This document shows, in pieces, positions 47,010 through 58,300 of a stretch of DNA of 64,000 bases (positions are counted from its first letter, which is position 1; each line of letters opens with the position of its first letter). The notes beneath the pieces were generated by a model. That model made no database searches, was not told where the DNA came from, and saw nothing but the letters and a program-made list of their open reading frames with translations. Made by a program: the position numbers and the translations under genes. The stretch comes from Flectonema sp. DT1601. Its lineage: Eukaryota. The DNA lies in the NCBI GenBank assembly GCA_964019425.1, contig OZ025783.1:682001-746000 (forward strand), read 5' to 3'.

Positions 47010-50000
47010 ATGTTAAAACAATCGTTGCTAATAGCCTGGATAAGTATCGTAACAGGTATTTGTGTTGATGATGATGAAACAGCTAAAAGAGATTTAACAA
47101 TGGATTGCAAGTCTCTTTTTGATACAAATGGAGGCACATGTTCATTGGCTGGAGTACTAAGCGCTGCAGCCACACCTGAGCAGTTTGCGTACTTTTGGAG
47201 TGTCTGTGCTAAGACATGCAAACAATGTGTTAACAGATGGGAGTGTGAAGATAACGATACAGAAATGTGGGAAGCTCTTGGGAACATACCGGGTGTTGAA
47301 ACCTGTGCTGCTTTAGTTGGAGCTAATGGTGATGCTGGTTGCGCTCTTGACGGCCCAGGTTTTTCACAGGCGGCCGCCCTTGGCATTTCTGCCCTTCAAT
47401 TAGACAAGGCGATTTTCGCCTGTCCTAAAGCATGCGGGGTGTGCGTTCCTCTCATCACACCATGTGAAGATGATAACGACAGTGTTAAAGCTGCCACTAC
47501 TTTAACCTGTCCTGAACTCGTTGCTTCAAATGGAGGGAGTTGCTCTGCAGATGGTGTTGCTATTAAGCCAGCTATTGAAGGAGGACTACTTTCATTAGAA
47601 GCATTAGTTGGTATCCAAGGCTTATGTGCAAAGAGCTGCCGCCTCTGCATGTCGGCAGGAAAGTGCAAAGATGATTCGGATGCTGCCAAAGCGATTCACG
47701 AGGAATGTGAAATAATAGCAAAGCAAAACGGAGGCGACTGCAGATTAACAGGTCCTTACGTCACAGCACAGGTATGTTTCTGCTTTTAGTAGATTACTTG
47801 ATCCTTAAAGTTGATCGAATATAAGAAATGAAATATAAATCTCACAGCTCACTGCAGGAGTAACACTAGACACTCTGGAGCGTGCAATCTATGAATGTCC
47901 AATGTCATGTGGTGTTTGTCAAGAAGAAACAGTTTGTGAAGACGACGACGCAACTGCCAGTAGTATCCATGACCTGGTAACAGATTGCGCGTCAGCAGTT
48001 GCTGCCAATGAAGGATGCTCAATTTATGGACCCACATTTTCTTTAGCCCCACAAATCGGATTAACAGAAGCTGACTTAAGAATATTAATTGATGCTTGTC
48101 GGATGAGTTGTCGAAGCTGTGCTAAGGCTCGTGATTGTCGGAACTATGACATCAGCGAATTCGTCCCTCCTGGACTTGATTGCGAAGGCTTAGTCGGTGC
48201 CAATGGCGGAAACTGCGACATGGATGGTCCGGCATTTTCCGTTGCTGACCAGTACGGTGTTTCACCTTTCCAACTCGATCAGGCTATCTACAATTGTCCA
48301 AAAGCCTGCGGAGTCTGTCAAATAAAGACCTGCGTTGACAACGATGCAGAAGTTATTTCAAGAATTCCCATTGTGAGCGGTTGTAAGCAATTGATTGCTT
48401 TCAACAGAGGTTCCATATGCGGAAAGGGAACTCTTTATGAAGAAGCTCTTGAAAAGTCATCCAGGATGAGTGTCTCCGCTGATGAGTTGCTTGGGATATA
48501 TGAGGAATTCTGCGGTCCTTCGTGTGGTTTCTGTGACCCGGCTGATTTTGCAACACCAGCGCCGACCATGGAGTTGATTGAATTGATATTTATGAGACAA
48601 TCACCTGATCAAGAAGTCGGTACTGGAGGTGAATACATCCTTCTCGATGAAGAAATCCAATGCAATGGAGAGCGCGTTTGGAAACTCAACATCACTGGGT
48701 CTTTTGAAACTTACATTATATCTGACACAGACGGATATTGGATTGTATCAAATGATGCTTCACTTAATGGATTAAATTCTAGTAATAATTGTACCAGCGA
48801 AATTAAATTATTACGTTCTGAGGATATGCATAATGCTTCTGGTCCTAATCAAGTCCGTTGGACAAGGCAGGCTGGTGCTACTTGGATTTATGATGATGCA
48901 ATTCGTTTTGTTACTAACGGATGTCCAGGTGAGGCGCAATGCCTTCAATTAAATTGTCAAGAGCCCTTAGATGGTTATCAGTGCTTTGAGTGTACTCTTG
49001 AATTCGCTCAGCTGTCATGCTCACGTTCTGAGACAGATGTTAAACTAATCCTCGCAATCGTCATCTGCATCACAGCTCTCTGTTTAGTTGTTTGCAATGT
49101 TATTTACGCATCCAACAAAAGTGAGCCTGTCACTCCCCGTCTGTCGAGAAGGTTTTCTGTTCCTACTACTGGTGTCCAGGTACAGGAAAATATCGTTGTT
49201 GTATTTCTTCAAAAATATCGAAAAGCTTTCTTACAACTGATGGGTGCCTTGGGGAATCTAATTGGACGCAGAAGCAACGCGTTTATCGGAACTGCATTGA
49301 CATTATTACTTGTGTTTACCGTGTCCTTGCCACTGTTTTTTGAGGTTGACACTGGAGGTTCATACAGTGCTGACTGGGCTCCTGAAGGAGGTCGTCTCGA
49401 ACGTGAATTGAATTTTGTTAACAAGTGGAGAGAGAACTCAAAACAAGCATCTACTGTACTGATAATGGTTGGTCCAGAAGATACTAAAAGGTACAATGCA
49501 TTGTCAAAGCATTTTGCCTTTGAATTACTTCGAATTCTCCAGGACATTACCAACATCACAGTACCAATAGCTACCTCTGACGGACGAATTATTCAAGTAG
49601 GCTATGAAGACTTCTGTGCTTCAGTAGATCATCCTATTCTAGATCAGATTATGCCTGGTAAGAAGCCTTGTATTAATCCTTCTGTCTTGGATTGTTTTTT
49701 TGAAGGTGGTTGGCAGCTTGACGACGTATCTCAAGGGAAACCACTTCCTGAAGACCAGCAGTCAGTAAAGTTTAAGAATCTGGAGGCTGTTTATAAACTG
49801 GCAAAGGCAGCATCTCCGGGAGCAATTACGAGCTACTCAGGCAGACCAAGTCTGCAAGACTTAACTGAGGAAGAAGTGATAGAAAGATACAGTCAGTCAT
49901 CGACGTTGTGTGATGACTGGGTTACGTCTGCATCATTAGGAAGAAGTAACTCTTATGGATCTTTTACTGAAGATAAAGAAAACTTAACACTCGGTGAACC

Positions 50001-52481
50001 AAAGCTAATTTGGGCCGAAAAGATAGCAGCAGTAGCTCTTCAGTATTCTGCAAAGAGAGCAAAGGAATTTAAAATTAGTCTCGACGGAATAGATGAGAGA
50101 GATATTGAATCAGCTTTAGACAACTGGTTTGATGCTGTCCAAGATAGACTAGAAGAGATAAATGATGATGAGATAAACTTTCCTGGGACGTCTGTCAGTG
50201 TTTTTATGACCGTTTCTTTAAAGAGAATGTTTAAAGAGATTGGTAAAGCGAAGGTCCTTCAATATGTGATAGGATTGACTCTAATGTTGTTGCTTACAAT
50301 CGCATCGCAGTTTTCAAGAGACCGAGCGGAGAATCACGTTCTCGTTGCTGTTCTTGGACTCGGTTTAGTTTTACTTACAATATTTGCATCTTATGGATTC
50401 TTGGCTCTAGTTGGAGTTAGTTTTACACCGACAATGTTACAAGTGTTACCATTTATCTCTTTAGGTCTTGGTGTTGATGATTTGTTCTTGTTACTTCACT
50501 ACTATCGCGCAGTACCTGACAAGACACGTCCTACTCGAGCTGTTTTAGCTGACTTATTACGTTTGGCTGGTGTGTCTGTAACCTTAACGTCGTTTTGCAA
50601 CGCTTTCGCATTCTTTTCAGGAACTATTATTCCAATTCCTGCCTTGCGGATCTTCTTATTCTCAGCAGGGTTCGTGGTCATCATCAACTACTGTACCATG
50701 TTGTTTGCTTTCCCTGCATTATTGGCTTGGGAGTGTAATCGAGACCGTGTTGTATGTCTTTTGTTTATTTCTTTGCAACGGACTATTATTTTATCTTTTC
50801 GTGTGGGACTTTGTTTTATAAAATAACTAAAAACAGATAATTGAAAGTCGTGGAGAGGAAGACATCACTCAAAACACTCAGCTGGGGATACAGATACTCA
50901 TAGAGCAGAAATTCTCACCATTTATGCAGAAATTTCCTGTTAAGGTGAGTGTGACTGTCCTTAATGGAATATTCTTCCTTGTTTGTATAATCACATTAAA
51001 TACTTCTCATCCGCTTAGCAACGGATTCGATTTAGTTGACCTCACTCCGAGTGGATCATTTTTGTCGAAAGGGTTCCAGGTATGATTTTTACATCTCAAA
51101 CTGTTATTACCTCTCAGTTGGACTGAAGACGTTCGAAATCAAAAGTTCTCACCAAACAGGACATCGAAGAACACTTTCTGAGTCAAAGAACTTCTCACAA
51201 AGTAGTGGTCGCAACAGTCGATTTCAATGATCCGGTAGTTCAACAAAACTACGGTAAGATGCTTAAGGAATTAAAGTACTCAAGATGGGCATCACAAGAC
51301 TTGCTAAAGGGAAGGGGTTGGTGGGGCTGGTTTTTTGACTTTGCCAACGACAATGAACAACTTATCAAGAATGAGACTGGTGATGATCCATACTACGGGG
51401 CTTATATTAATACATCATTCTACACAACATTTCATAATTGGAGAAATCCAGTCACGGGTGGTTTGGGAGCGATTGCGGCGCAAACTACTGACGGATTTGG
51501 ATATCGTTGGGGTTTAGACAGCTACCTACCTGGTAACACAATGATGTTATCCCAAGATGATTACACTCTCAACATGGCTATTCTTAAAGAACCTGAAGAC
51601 TGGCTTGAACACATCGATGAGTTCCATGATCGTATGGAGTATTGGATGGGAAAGGGAAATGCTTTCCCTGAACCCAGTGGTCAGGTACTTCAAATGGAAC
51701 AGTTCAACGGTTTAAAAGACTTCTTTTGGCAGGCATTTGCTGTTGCTGCATGTGTAATTTTAGTGTCCGCTATTATAGTTCCTGTTTCAATAAGAGGAGC
51801 AGGTGTTATTTGTCTTACTTCTCTAATTGGTACTATTGAGGTAGCGGCTGTGATGATGATGTCTGGATTATCATTCTCTCCTCTTGTCGCGTGTGTTTTA
51901 CTGATGGCGATGGGAATTATTGTTGAATTCTCTGCTCACGTTGTTGCTGGGTATGAAACCACTCCAGGTTCCCGTGCTGAAAGAATGCATCACGCGATAT
52001 CACACACGTTCCTTCCTGTTCTTGAAGGAGGTTTATCAAGTATTTTATCTATACTTATGCTTGTCTTCAATGAATTTCCTTATGTTGTGAAGTACTTCTT
52101 CCTAATATTCTTGATTGTTATTCTCGTAGGATTGTTACACGGATTACTATTCCTCCCCGCTCTAGTTGGTATTGTTGGATCTGTTGGAGGTAGCGATGAG
52201 CAGTCCATCATTCACAGAAAGGGAAGCATGGGATCATTTGGTAGAAAGATTGCTGTTGAACCAGCACCTGTAAATGTATTACCTGCCAATCCTCTGGAAG
52301 CTCCAAGGGGTAAGCCATTTGATGACAATGATATAAAGGTTGGAGATTCCGTCACAGACGGAAAGGTTGATAAATCGGTATGTATTGTTGTGGGTCACAT
52401 CCGTAGTCGCTTCCATTGAAAGGGAAAAAAAAACAACAAAAAAAAAAAATAAAGCAGGAAATAACTGAAGTTGACGAGTAA
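47010..52481 (+). CDS. Patched-like RND/sterol-sensing-domain protein with signal peptide, seven ShK-like 6-Cys repeats and an extra TM, ~1716 aa, 5 exons
   Basis: Exons 47010-47771, 47848-50751, 50837-51079, 51160-52377, 52458-52481 (last exon less certain; the unspliced alternative stops at 52419). Patched motifs: WAPEGGRLERELNF, PCINPSVLDCFFEG, QVLPFISLGLGVDDLFLL, GVSVTLTSFCNAFAFF, IPIPALR, GFDLVDLTP, GIIVEFSAHV, PVLEGGLSS. Confidence 0.88.
47061..48535 (+). repeat. Seven tandem ~65-aa ShK-like cysteine repeats (CxDxD...C...NGGxC...CPxxCGxC)
   Basis: Repeat ends: CAKTCKQC, CPKACGVC, CAKSCRLC, CPMSCGVC, CRMSCRSC, CPKACGVC, CGPSCGFC. Starts: CVDDD, CEDND, CEDDN, CKDDS, CEDDD, CRNYD, CVDND. 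Confidence 0.8.
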
Positions 52482-54172
52482 TTATAAAAAGAATTTGGGG
52501 AAAACGACTACAATCTCACTAGTTTTGCTCAGGGTTCGTTGTGACAGACATGTGCATTTGACTGTACTCTATTTCTAGTTATCATTTATCCAATCCTCAT
52601 TTTACTGTAATTAAGCCGCTGAGGGTAGTTCTTTTTTTTTTTCTTCTCTCTTCTTAATTACTACTTTTTAATCCTATTTCCTTCGATTAATGTAGTCGTT
52701 CATATTTTATTGCTGCTTCCCACGCAAGGGTTACCCACGCCTTTAGAAAGAGACTCTGACTCTCTTCTCCGATTCTTTTTCGTCGAGCACTGAAATCTAC
52801 TTTACAAAAAAAAAAATAATCAAATCGGTGATTTCGTAATGAATTGATTAGCTTTTTTTGCACGTTTAAAAATGTGTGCTTAGCTTTATGAAATTTAAAT
52901 TTTAGGTTCATGTTCCGACTGTAGAACGGATACTATGGGGAGGTTTTTTTTTTTTTTTTTTTTATTCTCTCTTCTGCAGCTTTTCATGATATATGTTCGC
53001 ATTAACTTAACTTTTTTTTGTTTTTTTCTTATTTTTTAATATATGTTTTTGATCGACGTGATTGTCATTGTGAGCTTTGAGATTCACAGCTGCATACCTT
53101 GTCTACTGATTTTATTTTCAAGCTCCTCTACCTTTTTTTCTTTATACAACGAGGTAGTGGTGGTTGAAGCCCTCCTTTCATTGCTAGGGGAGGTATGGAA
53201 TCGTATCCACGGTGGCTGTATAGTATTCGGTTGTGTTCTTTGTAATGCTCGGGAGGGGGAAAAAAAACAAAAAAAAAGAAGCAATTTAATGATATAAATA
53301 CCATTAAATTGTCCAGCATCGCCTCCCCTCTCTTCTCTCTTAAGTTCTATACCGAATGAAACTTTCGATTTTCATTGATTGTAGGTGGTTGATGAGCTGT
53401 CATTCTGAGTTGGGGAAGGCTCGAGTGTAGTGATTTTATTTTTCTATTAAGATGTGAATTTAATTTTCTGATATTGTGCCGCGTTTCATAGCCATGCACC
53501 GAATCTCTGCTGCACTTTCATTTGCTTTTTTTTTTTTTTTTTTTTGTGCTATTTTTTTCAAAATGGCACACTCATCAAGTCTCTATCATCCGCTCCCATC
53601 GCCTCCCCATTTTCTACCTTCCGCCCTTTTTTTTTATTGTTATTTACACACGTGGAGGCTGATGATTCAGCTTGTTATATCTAATTAGTTCAGCTGACGT
53701 GATTCCGAGAGTAGAAGATCTTTGTGAGGACTTTCTTGAGGTTTTATGTCTTGTTATTACAAAGGAAAGAAAAAAAAAAAATAAAACAAAAAAAAAGAAT
53801 ACACCGCCTGCCTTTTTTCTCACTTAGCGAAGTTGTTTACTTCCTATTGTGCTTCCAGTGTGTAGCACGGAGTGACAGCATTAGCACTTTTGAAGTTTTA
53901 AACACAGTTATTTTGTTTTCTTCATATATTCCCTCTCAGCTCTATTCAAACTTCTCTCCCCTCCGCTCTTTTGACTTCTGTCAGGACCACACCCATCGAA
54001 TCATGTTTTCTAGTCTTCTAGTGTTTGATACATATATTTCTTTATTTACAGGTTCTTCATTATGTGGATGAGTTTTCAGATAGCTGTGTACTGAAGTCGT
54101 TACTGTTGCAAAGATTATTACATATTTCTTGAGTGGTCAAAATAAAATCAAAACCAAAAACAAAATGAACGA

Positions 54173-55018
54173 ATGGAGATAAACCTCATCAGAGAAGTCC
54201 TAGAGGGATATGAGTACGATGCTTGTGGTACTTCCCATGAACAAGAGAAAAAACGACACACTGTACAAGAATTAGCCAATCTTGGTAAGAAAATTGCAAA
54301 AGAAAAGAGACCGATTCAATGTGTAGAAGCTCTCTATATCGCTTTAGAGATGACTCAGCTAGTTAAGATTGTTCGATTTGGAATATCGTTCACTTCACAA
54401 GATAATGAGACGTTAAAAATTCACAGACATCTCGTCCTGGGAATTCAAAGCAATTCCCGTGGAGGAACTGAAAAGTTCGGATCCTTAGGTGTCAGCAGAT
54501 CACCTAATTTGCAATCAAAACCGCTCGTATATAATTCCTTATATGAACTCATCCAGGACTATGTAGTTTCATATAAGAATGAAGGACACACAGTTACTTT
54601 GGTTACATTTTCTGAATTCATTCCCCGCCTTCCGAGTCATGTCATTCACTGGAATCATTATTGTGTTTCAATCGATAAGAACAAACCAAAACAAGTCATG
54701 AGAAAAATAAATTCTTATCCCACAACTTCTGTATTGCTAAAAACAGCATTTAGAAGATCACAATCCCTTAATACCGATTCGAGACTAGTTAAGTCACTCG
54801 ATTCTAATCGACGTAAGCCCATTAAAGGGGAAAAATTAAATGGTGTCGCATTCCGCCGCTCACAGTCAGAACGTCAGCACCGACCAACAACAAAACCACA
54901 CACCACGAATATTGTTAAGACTGATGTGAAGAAGCCTCAGAAGAAAACGCAAGTAATTACGAATGCCCAGCGGAATCGCTGGAGGCAAACAGAAATCATT
55001 TTAGGCATCGTACTCTGA
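54173..55018 (+). CDS. VASH: Vasohibin-family tubulin carboxypeptidase (detyrosinase), 281 aa
   Basis: RPIQCVEA (catalytic Cys, cf. LPIKCLEA), RFGISF, HRHLVLG (catalytic His), FGSLGVSR, KPLVYNSLYELIQDY. Basic C-terminal tail. The exact 5' end is uncertain. Confidence 0.85.
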   Translation: MEINLIREVLEGYEYDACGTSHEQEKKRHTVQELANLGKKIAKEKRPIQCVEALYIALEMTQLVKIVRFGISFTSQDNETLKIHRHLVLGIQSNSRGGTEKFGSLGVSRSPNLQSKPLVYNSLYELIQDYVVSYKNEGHTVTLVTFSEFIPRLPSHVIHWNHYCVSIDKNKPKQVMRKINSYPTTSVLLKTAFRRSQSLNTDSRLVKSLDSNRRKPIKGEKLNGVAFRRSQSERQHRPTTKPHTTNIVKTDVKKPQKKTQVITNAQRNRWRQTEIILGIVL

Positions 55019-55301
55019 AGGAGATCGTTCTTGTAGAAATAACTCGAGTTTCTTGCACTCCCTTGCCTTGTAATTTATCTCCCACCCATCTGGTCGGTTA
55101 TTACCCTCCACACACTGTAGTACCTCCTTGTTTGTTTATAAGATTGTTTATTGTGATCCTTTTATTCTCAAGGTGATAAGGTAAGATGAACAGCGTCTTG
55201 ACGTCTGTTAGTTTGTGTTGAAAATAAATAATCTTTTCTTACCAAAACTATTTCATTTTTCAGGAGAAAACTCCGAATTTACACAACACAAAAACTAAAC
55301 A

Positions 55302-58300
55302 ATGGCCTCGAAAGAGGTACCAACAGAAGCGGGTAAGAAATATATCCTCTCACGTGTCGCTGATATACTAGCTGTTGTGGGAGTGAATCCGGAGACACCG
55401 TTAGAGACTGGTTACAAGGATTCTCTGAAGGAAATTGAGGCCACTGTTGCAGCAAAACCAGAGTATCAAAAACTACTGGAAAACATTCTTAAGGGTTCAG
55501 AAACTACCGCAGGTGATAAATTAAAAGCGACTCCGTCGGTGCTTCTCTTCTTCTATGAGAAGACGACAGGCGATAAACCTGAAATTATCATTTCTCTTTC
55601 TGAGGGTCGTCGCCTAACACATAGAGGTGCATACGTAATAAGGAATACACCGATTGATCCGAAAAAGAATGTTCCAAAACCCGTTTCGATTAAAGAGTCA
55701 GATCTCATGCAAGAGTTGACTATTGGAATCTTAGAAATTAATATGAAGAACAAGTTAACTATACTTGACTTTCATAGACAGGTATGCATTGATTTTGATT
55801 TTTTTTTTTTTTTATTCTCCCGACAATACACAAGCACGAAAAACAAAATAAAACAGGTACTCGAGTCAATCTACCAACCAGTCCTTCGTAGACAAGGTCA
55901 GTGGGGTAAAGCTACAGAACAACAGAGAGATCAATTTCAATTGTGTATTCAAGACCACAGTGAGAAGCTTGATGAGCTGATGACTGACCATATCGAAGCT
56001 GAGAAAGTAATAATGCCTGACCCCACAATAATGAAATCCTTACCAACGGGATCTAATTATTTAAAGGCCGCAAGTGATGTAAAACTTATTCGGCATTTTG
56101 AAAGTTGTGTTGAAAACTGGATTGGTGTGGCAACACGACTTATTGAAGATAAGCCAAGACATGCTGACCAAGAGCCACAGAATATCCCAGAAGAGGTTGG
56201 TCCTATTACGGAACTACGATGGTGGAAAGAGCGTTGTGCTAAATTTAATACTTTGACAGAGCAGCTGCAAGCACCAGAAGTAAAGGTGGTCACCGGAGTG
56301 ATCAATGCTGCTCATTCAGATTTCGTCAAAGCTTGGAGAGACACTGACACCATGCTGACTGATTCATCCAATGAGGCTAAAGAAAATGTCAGGTACCTTT
56401 CATCTCTTGAATCGTACTTTGAAGCTCTTGAGAAAGAATCTCCAACTGTTATTATTAACCTTCTCCCTGCTTTAGTTAATAATATTAAAATGATGTACAC
56501 TATTGCTAGATATTACAGTACAGAACAACACATGATGATTCTGTTTTGTAAAATTACAAATCAACTTATATTAGCGTGCAAGAATGACATTCGTCAGCAT
56601 GGAAGTCAATCAGCTGCTCACCTTTGGTCACAAACAACTGATGCAGAGCAACTACGTGCGCTTATTGAAAGACTTCAGGCTTGTAAAGCTTTAAACACAC
56701 GTTATCAGGAGGAGTTTCAAAAAGCTAGTGAACGACTGAAACAGAAATCGGGTGGACCTCAATTTTCGTCTTTAAATATTTTACACATTTTTGGTAAGTT
56801 CGAATTGTTTTGTAAACGAGTCCACAAATTGATTGAAATTTTTGACACAATCGAGCAGTTCCAATCTCTTAGTGAATACAACATTGACGGAATGAAATCA
56901 CTCATTGATAGATTCTTTGACCACGTTGAGGATCTTAAAAAGAAAGCAAGTCACGATCCGTTAGATCAATCGACCCCAACCTTCGATAAGGCTTTCATTG
57001 AATTCAATAAGAATATCGCGGAATTGGAATGCTCTCTGCAAGTATTCATTAACAGTAGTTTTGAGAATATTACTTCTACAGAAAATGCGTTGGCTTTGCT
57101 TAAGAAGTTTCAATTGATCTTAAATAGAAAAACTCTTCGATCAGATCTTGAATCCAAGTATATGGTAATCTTTCACAACTATGGACTTGATTTGGAAAAT
57201 GTTCAAAAGACTTATGACAGACAAAAACATAACCCACCAATGGTTCGTAACATCACACCAGTTGCTGGCAGTATTACTTGGGGTAGGCAACTACTTCGAC
57301 GAATTGAAAGTCCAATGCAAAATTTCAAAGAAAATCGAAACATCATGGGAAGCCAAAAGGAAAGTAAAAAGATCATAAGAACATACAACAAAATAGCCAG
57401 AGCTCTTATCGAGTTTGAAACTGTCTGGCTGAACGCCTGGAAACAATCAATCGACAACATGAAGAGCGGTCTAAACGCTACGCTATTAGTCAGAAATGAA
57501 GGGAAACTATTCGTTAACTTTGACATTGAAATCCTTCAACTTATCAAAGAAGCGAGAGCTCTAATGAGAATGGATATCGTGATACCGTCTAGTGCTAAAA
57601 TGGTATTAATGCAAGAACAGAAATTTAAAATATTTCACGGCCAATTAAGCTACGCAATCAAAGAATACGACAGGGTAGTATCCCGTATTATCCCAGTAAC
57701 GAGAAGCCTTATGTCAAGAAACCTTGAAATCCTAGACATTATAATAAGACCTGGTGAAATGTCTCTAACATGGACTAGTATGAATATCGATGGTTACATT
57801 GCTCGTGTACACGCTGGATTAGCTCGCCTTGACACTGTCGTAACACAAGTTAATAATATCGTACAGAATAGGATTCAGGCTAATTTGAGATTTATAAGTA
57901 GCACTCTGTTGGTTAATCTTCCTGAGAATCAAAGTTTCTCACTGGAACAGTTTGTTAGTCTACAAGAGAAACACATCAAAAGCCAAAGTGAGCTCATGGA
58001 CATTAAAAACTGCGAGGTCGAAAAGGCTGCCGAAGACGTAATCAACAGTATCCTATCTGGTCAGAAAGTAGGAGCTTATGATGACCCATCACATCCTAGC
58101 AATGCAAGCCGTGAAGATTGTGCTGCGGAAGTCACTTCACTGAAGAGTCACTTCAACAATTTAATGTTTAAAGCGATTCTCACAACCACTACGCGTTCTT
58201 TAAATTTAATTAAAAAACGAGTAGGAACTCGAGGAAACAGAACAGACTTCATGCAGGTAGGGAAACCATTCTTTGATGTTAATGTTGAGCTATCACCACC

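Noticed and set aside
50945..51018. Apparent intron GTGAGT...CTTAG in the Patched-like gene
   Set aside because: Reading through gives VKVSVTVLNGIFFLVCIITL, the TM helix expected before GFDLVDLTP; removing the 74 nt would delete it and shift the frame.
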